This document shows positions 29,213 to 38,016 of a DNA stretch of 64,000 bases, piece by piece. The notes under the pieces were generated by a model that was given only the letters and a program-made list of their open reading frames with translations, ran no database searches and was not told the DNA's origin. This DNA is from Candidatus Nanopelagicales bacterium. GTDB taxonomy: Bacteria > Actinomycetota > Actinomycetes > S36-B12. Within the stretch, counting starts at the first letter, position 1. Each line of letters begins with the position of its first letter. The DNA lies in assembly GCA_017857175.1 (NCBI GenBank), contig JAFMDS010000004.1, positions 1,588 to 65,587 of the forward strand, written 5' to 3'. The translations under genes were made by a program, and so were the position numbers.

Positions 29213-29566
29213 ATGAACACCATTGGTAAGTTTGGCCACAAAACAATCTCGGTTGTCGCAGCAATTGCATGTATTGCAATTTTCGGTGTCTCTGGATGTT
29301 CTTCTGATTCAGCAGATACTCAAGTCCCAGAGGCCTCGGGAGATGCCATGGTGGCAGTAGATGATCCGAATGAGGAATTTCGCATGAGCCTGATCGGTGA
29401 AGGACTTACCGTTGAGCAAGCAGGAGAAGAGTCAGAGCGGGCTGGTTACTCTTGGCGCGTTGGCGAGATCGATGGCGAGCCTCAAGCGGTCACAATGGAT
29501 TACCGGGAAGACAGGTTGACTTTTACCGTTGAGGGCGGAATCGTTACGGACGCGGTCTGGGGCTAG
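29213..29566 (+). CDS. I78-family peptidase-inhibitor-like lipoprotein
   Basis: 117 aa. Signal peptide plus lipobox VSGC. The C-terminal AVTMDYREDRLTFTVEGGIVTDAVWG resembles the Inhibitor_I78 motif. Confidence 0.6.
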   Translation: MNTIGKFGHKTISVVAAIACIAIFGVSGCSSDSADTQVPEASGDAMVAVDDPNEEFRMSLIGEGLTVEQAGEESERAGYSWRVGEIDGEPQAVTMDYREDRLTFTVEGGIVTDAVWG

Positions 29567-29607
29567 CGCCCTTGGCATGTATTGCACTTTCGGGTTATCA
29601 TCGTCGT

Positions 29608-30477
29608 ATGCAGTCATCAAACCCCATTCTCAAGCGATATGAAAAGCCAACAAAGTCTGGAGCAGGCTTTGCCTACGATGAAGGTAAGTCCGCGTACTCT
29701 TCTGCGACGGGATCCGGTGCCGCCACTTCCCTCGTGACATCACCGGCTGCAGGTGGTCCTACGGACACCGAATTTGCCACCGTCACGGCAGGCGGAGGGG
29801 CACGTCTGACCTTCAATGATGTGATTGTCAAGAGTGCGGTTCTCTTTGCCATCACGGTGGCCATGGCATTCATTGGTTGGGCTCTCGTGCCATCCATGCC
29901 CATGGTGCTGTGGATCGGCCTGATTGGTGCACTGGTCTTTGGACTGACAAATGCGTTCAAGAAAGTAGTTTCGCCCGCGCTGGTCATGCTTTATGCGGCA
30001 TTTGCTGGCCTGATGCTTGGGTCAGTGAGTTGGGCATACAACCAACTTGCACTCGCACAAGATTATGAAGGCCTAGTGGGTCAAGCAGTCATTGGCACAT
30101 TGACCGCTTTTGGTGTCATGTTGTTCCTCTACGGAACGGGAATCGTCAAGGTCAACGGCAAGTTCATGCGGATCTTTTTTGCTGCCATGATCAGCTACGC
30201 AATCATCGCTGTTGCATCCCTTATTGGCGCACTGTTTGGTGTTGGTGGCGGCTGGGGCTTCTATGGTGTGGGCACTTGGGGTCTTCTCCTGTGTGCTGCA
30301 GGGGTTCTTCTTGCATCCTTCGCCTTGATGCTGGACTTCGAGGCAATCAAGCAAGGGCTTGCCATGGGTCTACCTGAGCGTGAGTCTTGGAGGCTGTCAT
30401 TTGGTCTCTTGGTCACGCTCGTCTGGCTTTACCTTGAGATTCTGCGCTTCCTTGCGATCTTTGCCGGGCGCGACTGA
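29608..30477 (+). CDS. Bax inhibitor-1 / YccA family membrane protein
   Basis: 289 aa from the ATG at 29608 (MQSSNPILKR...). Seven predicted transmembrane helices with the typical C-terminal pattern. Confidence 0.8.
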   Translation: MQSSNPILKRYEKPTKSGAGFAYDEGKSAYSSATGSGAATSLVTSPAAGGPTDTEFATVTAGGGARLTFNDVIVKSAVLFAITVAMAFIGWALVPSMPMVLWIGLIGALVFGLTNAFKKVVSPALVMLYAAFAGLMLGSVSWAYNQLALAQDYEGLVGQAVIGTLTAFGVMLFLYGTGIVKVNGKFMRIFFAAMISYAIIAVASLIGALFGVGGGWGFYGVGTWGLLLCAAGVLLASFALMLDFEAIKQGLAMGLPERESWRLSFGLLVTLVWLYLEILRFLAIFAGRD

Positions 30478-30481
30478 TCTT

Positions 30482-30886
30482 TCAAGGAAGTGCTCTGCGT
30501 AGTTGCGTGAGCAGTTCAAAGGCTTGTTCATCGGCGGGACTCGGTGGCGTGGACAGGTAGTCGCGAGTGACCACGATGAGTTGTGCTGCAACGGCGCTAT
30601 TTCCCACCTCGGGAAGTTGAGTTTCAACGGGCGGTTTTTCAGTGCCTACACTTTGTGACATCGAAAATATTTCGTTTGCACATGTATGGACTAAATTCTT
30701 GGTGGCCTCGAGACGGACGCCGTTTAGGCCCGTTAAGCGTGTGGTGATTCGGTCTAACTCGCGTGCAATGTCATCCCTGAAGTTCTCCACCCATGAAGCA
30801 TATTCACCCGTTTTCCTGAGGGGACCTAGTGGGAAAATTTCGCAATAGCCGAGACGCATTATTAGTGGGTGGGTTCTTGGCCGCAA
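30482..30886 (-). CDS. Hypothetical protein (weakly supported ORF)
   Basis: 134-codon ORF with a TTG start (first ATG at 30859). No SD. Several rare codons (TTA, CTA, AGG, ATA). No motif recognised. It fills an otherwise 445-bp gap. Confidence 0.35.
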   Translation of the reverse strand: MRPRTHPLIMRLGYCEIFPLGPLRKTGEYASWVENFRDDIARELDRITTRLTGLNGVRLEATKNLVHTCANEIFSMSQSVGTEKPPVETQLPEVGNSAVAAQLIVVTRDYLSTPPSPADEQAFELLTQLRRALP

Positions 30887-30921
30887 GATGCGCGAATAGG
30901 GAGCACCTTTAGAGTAAGCAC

Positions 30922-32298
30922 GTGCAGATTCATGATTCAGTCATTGACCTAATTGGCAACACGCCGCTCGTCCGCCTCAACAAAGTCACTCAGGGAATTG
31001 TCCCCGAAGGTGTGATTGTTGCGGCCAAGGTTGAGTACGTGAACCCCGGCGGTTCCGTAAAGGATCGAATCGCTGAGCGCATGATCGATGCAGCTGAGAA
31101 GGATGGGTCACTGCAGCCAGGCGGCACGATAGTTGAGCCAACAAGCGGTAACACCGGTGTTGGACTAGCCATGGTGGCTCAGCAGCGCGGATATAAGTGC
31201 ATTTTTGTGTGCCCAGACAAAGTCTCTGAAGATAAGCGCAATGTTCTTCGCGCCTATGGCGCCGAAGTGGTTGTGTGTCCCACTGCGGTTGACCCTGAAG
31301 ATCCACGCTCTTACTACAGCGTCAGTGATCGACTGTCCAATGAACCTGGTGCATGGAAGCCGGACCAGTATTCCAACCCAAATAATCCCCGGTCACATTA
31401 CGAAACAACGGGACCAGAAATCTGGGAACAAACCGATGGAAAGATCACGCACTTTGTTGCAGGTGTTGGCACAGGTGGAACCATTTCCGGCACAGGCCGT
31501 TACTTGAAAGAGGCGAGTAACGGTGCTGTGAAGGTAATTGGCGCTGATCCTGAAGGATCGGTGTATTCCGGCGGCACCGGTCGCCCCTATCTCGTCGAGG
31601 GCGTGGGCGAAGACTTCTGGCCAAGTGCCTATGACGCAGAAATTGCCGATGAAATCATCGCAGTGTCAGATAAGGACTCATTCGACATGACTCGTCGCAT
31701 GGCTCGTGAAGAGGGCCTACTTGTCGGTGGATCATGTGGCATGGCCGTCGTCGCCGCGCTTCGCGTTGCGGCCAAGGCGGAGCCAGGCTCAATCGTTATT
31801 GTGTTGCTGCCCGATTCAGGGCGTGGCTACCTCTCCAAGGTGTTCAACGACGAATGGCTGTCCACCTATGGATTCTTGCAGGCCGACACAGACCGCACTA
31901 TCGGAGACGTTCTTCGGTCAAAATCTGTGAGCGGTGGCATCCCTGACCTGATTCACACGCATCCGACGGAGTCAGTCGCCGACGCCGTAGCAATTTTGCG
32001 TGAATATGGCGTCTCGCAGATCCCCGTTGTTCGCGCGGAGCCGCCCGTAATGACGGCAGAAGTTTCCGGTGCTGTTATTGAGCGCGATGTCCTTGACGCA
32101 TTATTCACAGGCAAAGCGCACCTTGCGGATTCAGTTGAGTCTGTGATGTCTGCACCACTTCCCATGGTTGGGGCGGGAGAGTCGGTGTCCACGGCAATGG
32201 ACGCGTTACAAACATCTGATGCGCTCATGGTTGTCGACGACGGAAAGCCCACCGGAGTGATTACCCGACAGGATGTATTGGCGTACCTGTCCGAGTAG
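30922..32298 (+). CDS. cbs: Cystathionine beta-synthase (PLP domain + tandem CBS domains)
   Basis: 458 aa. Motifs GGSVKDR and SGNTG, plus a C-terminal CBS pair. The GTG start is 6 nt after TAGAGT (30910-30915). Confidence 0.9.
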   Translation: MQIHDSVIDLIGNTPLVRLNKVTQGIVPEGVIVAAKVEYVNPGGSVKDRIAERMIDAAEKDGSLQPGGTIVEPTSGNTGVGLAMVAQQRGYKCIFVCPDKVSEDKRNVLRAYGAEVVVCPTAVDPEDPRSYYSVSDRLSNEPGAWKPDQYSNPNNPRSHYETTGPEIWEQTDGKITHFVAGVGTGGTISGTGRYLKEASNGAVKVIGADPEGSVYSGGTGRPYLVEGVGEDFWPSAYDAEIADEIIAVSDKDSFDMTRRMAREEGLLVGGSCGMAVVAALRVAAKAEPGSIVIVLLPDSGRGYLSKVFNDEWLSTYGFLQADTDRTIGDVLRSKSVSGGIPDLIHTHPTESVADAVAILREYGVSQIPVVRAEPPVMTAEVSGAVIERDVLDALFTGKAHLADSVESVMSAPLPMVGAGESVSTAMDALQTSDALMVVDDGKPTGVITRQDVLAYLSE

Positions 32299-32313
32299 GT
32301 GCTCCGATATTAG

Positions 32314-32952
32314 TTAGATCGCTGGCAGGGCAATGCCGGTTTTTGCGTGGCACCGGTACCCATTGGGGTTCTTGTAAAGGTATTGCTGGTGTGATTCCTG
32401 CGCGAGGTAGTAGGTAAATTCACTCGCCGGTGCAATTTCAGTCGTAATGCTTCCATAACCTCGCTCAGCAAGAACAACGCCATAACTGGCGGCGGTTGCA
32501 AGAGCTAGTTCCTCTTGCTCTGGTGTCGTCCAGAAAATCGCGGAACGATACTGAGAACCAATGTCATTTCCCTGGCGCATACCTTGGGTGGGATCATGGT
32601 TTTCCCAAAAGATTCGCAAGATTTCTAATGTTGAAATTATCGATGGATCATAAACAACTAACGTGGTCTCGGTATGGCCGGTGAGGCCGGTGCAGGTTTC
32701 CTCATACGTCGGGTGCGGGGTTATTCCTCCCATGAAACCAACGCTCGTGCCCACGACGCCAGGGGTTTGCCAATAGATCTCTTCAACACCCCAATAGCAC
32801 CCTGCTCCGAGGTAGATGCTCAAGCAGCCACCTGGCCACGGCCCCTCCAAAGCAGATCCAAAAATAGCGTGCAATTCACCTGCGGGAAGCGGACGAGAGT
32901 CGCGGCCGGGGAGTGCGTTTTCTCGCGTGGGCATTTTCGGTTTTCCAAACAT
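32314..32952 (-). CDS. msrA: Peptide-methionine (S)-S-oxide reductase
   Basis: 212 aa. Active-site motif GAGCYWGVE. Confidence 0.93.
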   Translation of the reverse strand: MFGKPKMPTRENALPGRDSRPLPAGELHAIFGSALEGPWPGGCLSIYLGAGCYWGVEEIYWQTPGVVGTSVGFMGGITPHPTYEETCTGLTGHTETTLVVYDPSIISTLEILRIFWENHDPTQGMRQGNDIGSQYRSAIFWTTPEQEELALATAASYGVVLAERGYGSITTEIAPASEFTYYLAQESHQQYLYKNPNGYRCHAKTGIALPAI

Positions 32953-32998
32953 GACATGAGCCTAAACCGGATTGAGCGGATCGGCATAGGCTGTCACC
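32953..32998. promoter_or_regulatory. 46-bp bidirectional control region with two divergent TAGGCT -10-like boxes
   Basis: On the minus strand, TAGGCT (32959-32964) is 6 nt from the msrA ATG. On the plus strand, TAGGCT (32987-32992) is 6 nt from the metB ATG. Neither side has an SD. Confidence 0.6.
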
Positions 32999-34174
32999 AT
33001 GGAAGCAGTGAACATTGACGGATTCAACACGCGAGCAATTCATGCAGGCCAGGAGCCAGACCCACTAACGGGTGCAGTGGTTCCCCCGATCTACCAAGTC
33101 TCAACGTACGCTCAGGACGGCGTCGGTGGCTTGCGTGGAGGATATGAATACTCGCGAAGCGCGAATCCGACGAGAACGGCATTGCAGGAGTGCATGGCTG
33201 CCCTGGAGGCACCCGGAATCGACACTGCACGTGCCATGGCATTTGCCTCTGGCCTAGCCGCCGAAGACACACTTATTCGCACGGTGCTCAAGCCCGGAGA
33301 TCATGCTGTTCTTCCCAACGATGCCTATGGTGGCACCTATCGACTGTTCAAGAAGGTTGCCGAGCCTTGGGGGATCCAGACCACACCTGCCGATATCACG
33401 AACCCTGAAGCAATCGCTGCCGCTATTGCACCCAACACAAAATTAGTGTGGATTGAGACTCCAACAAATCCATTGCTCAACGTTGGTGACATTGCGGCCA
33501 TAGCCGAGGTTGCCCACGCAAAGGGCGCATTGTTAGTTGTTGATAACACCTTTGCATCTCCATACCTGCAACAGCCGCTCTTGCTCGGAGCAGACGTAGT
33601 CATTCACAGCACCACCAAATACCTCGGTGGTCACAGCGATGTCGTTGGTGGAGCCCTCGTGGTGAAAGATGCCGAGCTTGCAGAGCAACTGGCGTATCAC
33701 CAGAATGCAATGGGTGCGATTGCCGGCCCATTTGACTCGTGGTTGGTACTTCGTGGAATAAAGACATTGGGCGTTCGCATGGACCGTCACAACTCCAATG
33801 CACATGATGTCGTGAACTTCCTCACTGCGCATGACGGTGTAAGCGCGGTGTTGTGGCCAGGCCTTGAGAGTCACCCCAACCATGATGTTGCCAAGAAGCA
33901 GATGAGCGGCTTTGGGGGCATGGTCTCCTTCCGTGTCAAGAAGGGTGAGCAAGCAGCTCTTGATATCTGCGCCAACACCACAGTCTTCACTCTCGGTGAG
34001 TCCTTGGGCGGAGTTGAATCCCTCATTGAGCATCCGGGCCGCATGACTCACGCGTCGGTTGCGGGAAGTCCCCTTGAGGTTCCAAGTGATCTAGTTCGAC
34101 TCAGCGTTGGAATTGAAAACTCTGAGGACATCATCGCTGACTTGGAAAAAGCGATGACCCAGGCACTCGGCTAG
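32999..34174 (+). CDS. metB: Cystathionine gamma-synthase/gamma-lyase (Cys/Met PLP family)
   Basis: 391 aa. PLP-lysine context STTKYLGGHSDV. Its proximity to cbs suggests a reverse-transsulfuration gamma-lyase role. Confidence 0.9.
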   Translation: MEAVNIDGFNTRAIHAGQEPDPLTGAVVPPIYQVSTYAQDGVGGLRGGYEYSRSANPTRTALQECMAALEAPGIDTARAMAFASGLAAEDTLIRTVLKPGDHAVLPNDAYGGTYRLFKKVAEPWGIQTTPADITNPEAIAAAIAPNTKLVWIETPTNPLLNVGDIAAIAEVAHAKGALLVVDNTFASPYLQQPLLLGADVVIHSTTKYLGGHSDVVGGALVVKDAELAEQLAYHQNAMGAIAGPFDSWLVLRGIKTLGVRMDRHNSNAHDVVNFLTAHDGVSAVLWPGLESHPNHDVAKKQMSGFGGMVSFRVKKGEQAALDICANTTVFTLGESLGGVESLIEHPGRMTHASVAGSPLEVPSDLVRLSVGIENSEDIIADLEKAMTQALG

Positions 34175-34266
34175 GCAAATACTGGCTGAATTGGTCACTG
34201 AGGACTCGGATCTCGCGACATCATGCAGGGGATTCACCGGGCCCCTAGCAACATTGGTGGGGGGAG

Positions 34267-35907
34267 CTAATTAATTGCTGACGATTGTGGGAGTTGAATT
34301 GAATCGGCCACCCGACATGTGTCGCCCGAACAGGTGCTCAGTTGCATGAGTTGGGCAGACAAACTCGCCACGAGGAGTGGGTCCGCACTCTTGATCAGGT
34401 TGACCATTTCAAATGGGTCATTTTCACGGTTATAGAGAGTTCGAGTGCCGTCGGCGTATTCAACGTAGAGCCACTTCGGTGTTCGAAGGGCGAAAAATTG
34501 CGGCGGGGCATTCTTTTGATAGTCGGGATCATCCGGTGTTGAAATTCCGAGGCTCTCTGAGAGGGCTGCATCGCGCCAATTAGAGGGAGTCTCACCGGCA
34601 GGCAGGAAGCCCATGATGGAGCGCCCATCCACCCAGTTGGGCGCGGACGTACCAAGAACTTCAGAAAATGTTGGAGCCAGATCGATGGTGCTTGTCATCT
34701 CATTGACTGTGGAGCCCGCGGGAACTCCGGGGCCAATAACGATCATTGGCACCACGGTGTCACTGGCGTAAGGAGTCCGCTTTCCTTTGAACATTCGACG
34801 TTCGCCCATGTGGTACCCGTTGTCCGCTGTCACAACAACAAGAGTGTTCTTGTCCTTGCCTGTTGCCTTCAGCATCGCCATTAACGCTTGGACCGAGTCC
34901 GCCACGGACTCAGCGGATTTGGCCCGCTTTCGCCATTGCTTGTCAACGTTCGCGAGCTGTGTGGCATTGAGCAGGCGATTACCGCTCATCCAGGCAGGCT
35001 CGTCAATGCCGTATGTGTTGTAAAGCGGCGTTCGTGGAGCGATGGTGCCACCTTGTTTGTTGAAGTTTCGCCGGGCAACAGGAGCTGGCCTGTGGGGGCT
35101 GTAGGTGGATAACTCGAGAAAGAACGGTTCTTGTGCGGTCCTAATGAAATTTGCAGCCTTATTGGTGATTACATCGTTAAGAAAATCTTGAGGCTCTTTG
35201 CCATAGGGCTTTAACTTCCCATTCTCATTAAGAACGTAGTTGTAACCGGTGTATGAATCACCGCGCGAGATCGGTACTGCCCATTCGTCCCAACCTGGTG
35301 GGACGTAGGTTGCCTGACTCGGCTTTTCTGGATAGTCATTCAAGTATTTCCCGTACAACGCGGTTGTCACGCCAGCATTGGACAACCACACGGGAAGACA
35401 GTCTTTTTCCTCGCCGCGTTTGCGGAAAGTGGGCCAACCGCCGCCGGTTTCGGAGATATTTGAAATTACTTTGTGGTTATGAATGTATTGACCGCGAAGA
35501 ATCGAAACTCGGGATGGGCAACACAGTGAATCAGTCACGGTGTGGTTGGTAAAAGTCATGCCTTGATCGCGGAGGGCAACCATGCGAGGGAGTTGATTGA
35601 ACAGGTTCCAATCAAGGTCATCGGCCAAGATGAAGACAACATTCTGCACGTCAGAAAGTGATGGGCCGGTGTTGACGCCATCCGCGGCTACTTCGGTGAG
35701 AGGGTTTTCCAGTGAACTAGATGATTCTGACGGGTCATCGATGGAATCTGCTTGTGCGGGAGTGGAACGCGTCGAGCCCACGAAAAAGATCGTTCCGGTC
35801 ACCACGAGTGTGAGGGTTGTTCCAATTGCTACAACAGTGTTGAGCCACCTGCGTGGAGTGCGCGGGACAGGCGCAATCTCAGGCACGGAATTTGACGAAT
35901 CACTCAC
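34267..35907 (-). CDS. Formylglycine-dependent sulfatase, membrane-anchored/secreted
   Basis: 546 aa. C-x-P-x-R motif within SLCCPSRVSILRG. N-terminal transmembrane anchor. GTG start. Confidence 0.85.
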   Translation of the reverse strand: MSDSSNSVPEIAPVPRTPRRWLNTVVAIGTTLTLVVTGTIFFVGSTRSTPAQADSIDDPSESSSSLENPLTEVAADGVNTGPSLSDVQNVVFILADDLDWNLFNQLPRMVALRDQGMTFTNHTVTDSLCCPSRVSILRGQYIHNHKVISNISETGGGWPTFRKRGEEKDCLPVWLSNAGVTTALYGKYLNDYPEKPSQATYVPPGWDEWAVPISRGDSYTGYNYVLNENGKLKPYGKEPQDFLNDVITNKAANFIRTAQEPFFLELSTYSPHRPAPVARRNFNKQGGTIAPRTPLYNTYGIDEPAWMSGNRLLNATQLANVDKQWRKRAKSAESVADSVQALMAMLKATGKDKNTLVVVTADNGYHMGERRMFKGKRTPYASDTVVPMIVIGPGVPAGSTVNEMTSTIDLAPTFSEVLGTSAPNWVDGRSIMGFLPAGETPSNWRDAALSESLGISTPDDPDYQKNAPPQFFALRTPKWLYVEYADGTRTLYNRENDPFEMVNLIKSADPLLVASLSAQLMQLSTCSGDTCRVADSIQLPQSSAIN

Positions 35908-36020
35908 GCATTGGCTCTTTCTGGTTCGCTATTGTGAAAATGCTCTGTCAGAGCGCGGGAAGGGTAACCACGACAGCGTACGTCATCAGATTCAGGCGTG
36001 GGACAACCCCATGCCTCAGG

Positions 36021-37283
36021 TCAAGCATCATCTTGAGTTTTTGAGACCCCATGTTTAACCAAAGTCTCAGGCATGCGAAGCACGAGGAGGATCGGAATGA
36101 GCGCCAAAGCCGCACCCACGGCAAATGCCCAGTTGAAGTCGAAGAGGTCCACTAATAGCCCGGCAATGAGTGGTCCGATGATGGCCCCAACATCGCTCAT
36201 CATTTGGAAGGTGGCCACGACAATGCCGCCCTTCTTGCCACCCATCACGTCGCCGACCACCGCAGACGGTGCCGACCCCAGGAAGGCGGCACCAAAACCC
36301 TGCATGGCCATCGACAACAGGAACAGGACGGTGCCGGCGACTGCAGCGGTGCCGAGGCCATTCACGGCGATATCCGACAGCGTCAAAATGATCATTCCGA
36401 TGGCCGTTGCCGTGCTCCCAAAGAGCAGAGCTTTGCGGCGTCCCTGGGTGTCAGCCATGCGACCAGCAGGAAGCAACACAAGAGCTTGAACGGCCGCAGC
36501 TGCAAGAAAACCGAAGCCAGAAAGTGATGCCCCACGTTGCAGAGCTTCAACGACAAAGAGCGGAACCACTGAGCTTCTCAATCCAAAGGAAACAAAGCCT
36601 GCAATCAAGTTCGTGCCGAGTGCAGCCTGATAGGCCTTACTGCTCAGTGCAGTGCGCAATTCCTGCAGTTTGCCCGCTTGGCCTTGTGAAACTCGTTCTT
36701 CGCGCTCGTGCAACTGAGCACGACTCAGAAAAACGAGTGTGACGAGCGCTGCGATAAACAGTGATCCGGCATAAACAAAGAATGGAGCGCGGATGGAAAT
36801 CGCAACAACGATCCCACCAACTGCCGGACCCGCGACTCCACCCAAGAGAAAGCCGCCTTGAAATGCGCTGGCCGCGCGACCTCGCTGGTTGGAATCAACC
36901 ACACGCAGCAGAAGTGCCATTGCTGAGACGGTAAACATGGAAGACCCGATACCGCCAATACCTCTAAATGCAATCAGTTGCAGGTAGGTCTGTGAAAACC
37001 CTGCGATGGCACTTGACGTTGCAACAATGAGCAGACCACTGGTGAGCACGATTCGTTCACCCATCCGGTCAACCAAACCACCGGCAATCGGAGCGAAGAT
37101 GAAACGCATAAGTGCAAATGAGGAAATGACGGCGCTGGCCTGAAGCGCATTGACATCAAATGTTTTGGCAAAAATAGGCAGAGCAGGGGCCAGGATTCCA
37201 AAACCAATTGCAACGAAGAATGCAATGGCTGAGAGGACCGCTACCTCTTTGGGTAGGCCGTGCAGCAGTGGCGTTCGGCGCAT
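36021..37283 (-). CDS. MFS transporter
   Basis: About 420 aa from the ATG at 37283 (MRRTPLLHGLPKEVAVLSAIAFF...), about 12 transmembrane helices. An alternative start is at 37367. The long ORF-track extension to 37580 was rejected. Confidence 0.85.
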   Translation of the reverse strand: MRRTPLLHGLPKEVAVLSAIAFFVAIGFGILAPALPIFAKTFDVNALQASAVISSFALMRFIFAPIAGGLVDRMGERIVLTSGLLIVATSSAIAGFSQTYLQLIAFRGIGGIGSSMFTVSAMALLLRVVDSNQRGRAASAFQGGFLLGGVAGPAVGGIVVAISIRAPFFVYAGSLFIAALVTLVFLSRAQLHEREERVSQGQAGKLQELRTALSSKAYQAALGTNLIAGFVSFGLRSSVVPLFVVEALQRGASLSGFGFLAAAAVQALVLLPAGRMADTQGRRKALLFGSTATAIGMIILTLSDIAVNGLGTAAVAGTVLFLLSMAMQGFGAAFLGSAPSAVVGDVMGGKKGGIVVATFQMMSDVGAIIGPLIAGLLVDLFDFNWAFAVGAALALIPILLVLRMPETLVKHGVSKTQDDA

Positions 37284-37479
37284 TGCCCCGCCCAGACGCC
37301 GGGTACGAGAACGCTGAGCGGATGCGCCTTGTTCCGCTGGCCCCTGATTTGACACGCATCGCCCCATGTTTATAGGAGGAAGAGTTTCCTCACACCAAAG
37401 TTGGACTCTACTGATCTCTCTATCCACAGGTGAGGACCGCCTCTGTCGGGAAAAGCGGTGTGAGCGGCAAGATAGTGGC

Positions 37480-38016
37480 ATGGCATCAACCCAGGAGGAG
37501 AAGCCCGGCAGCGGTGCACTCGTGGACCGGTGGCGCTCACAGGTGTATAGCGCTGAGGACCAATTCTCACAACTCCTCAATAGGGGTGGAGTCGTGGACT
37601 TCTTTGGAAGTTCACTGGATGTGCCCCTTCAACGTCGATTTGGTGAGATTGCAAGTGTGCGTGAGTACGTCACGTCGGTGCATGAGCAAGTGCTGGCCCA
37701 TTTCCCGGATATCGCATGTCCCAATGTTCGGGCGCGAAATGGAACTACTCAGGCGCATTATGAATTTTCCACTGCGACTATTGCCGTCCCGGTCAATGAT
37801 CAATGGGCACTGCGGGAAAGCGTGATTTTGCATGAATGGGCGCACCACCTGACTGCTTTCACGTGCGCCAGCCCAGTCCAAGCACATGGTCCTGAATTTG
37901 TGGCCAATATGGTGGCACTCGTTGAAATAATCTTGGGGGAGTCAGCGGCATTGCTGTTACGTGCCGGGTACCAAGCTGCGCAGGTTCCCATCTCAGTGGT
38001 GGATGCCGCGAAGTGA
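37480..38016 (+). CDS. Small HExxH metallohydrolase-like protein (resembles actinobacterial TIGR04338 family)
   Basis: 178 aa from the ATG at 37480. HEWAHH zinc-binding-type motif (ILHEWAHHLT). The family assignment is from memory and was not searched. Confidence 0.6.
   Translation: MASTQEEKPGSGALVDRWRSQVYSAEDQFSQLLNRGGVVDFFGSSLDVPLQRRFGEIASVREYVTSVHEQVLAHFPDIACPNVRARNGTTQAHYEFSTATIAVPVNDQWALRESVILHEWAHHLTAFTCASPVQAHGPEFVANMVALVEIILGESAALLLRAGYQAAQVPISVVDAAK

Noticed and set aside
30478-30921. SAM-responsive riboswitch (SAM-I or SAM-IV) in the long region before cbs.
   Set aside because: No resemblance to the conserved cores I recall. The cbs -10 box sits 6 nt from the GTG start, which implies a leaderless mRNA with no room for a 5' UTR element.
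36021-37580. N-terminal extensions of ORF-track ORFs: MFS to 37580, msiK to 23940, binding protein from 24008, LacI from 19933, DUF501 from 18341, SPFH from 50326, glpX to 63347, DUF4349 to 16758, and lipoproteins from 12264 and 15131.
   Set aside because: The extensions overlap neighbouring genes or have non-protein-like composition. Internal starts with an SD or a TAnnnT-N6 box give canonical N-termini (signal peptides, HTH domains, Walker regions).
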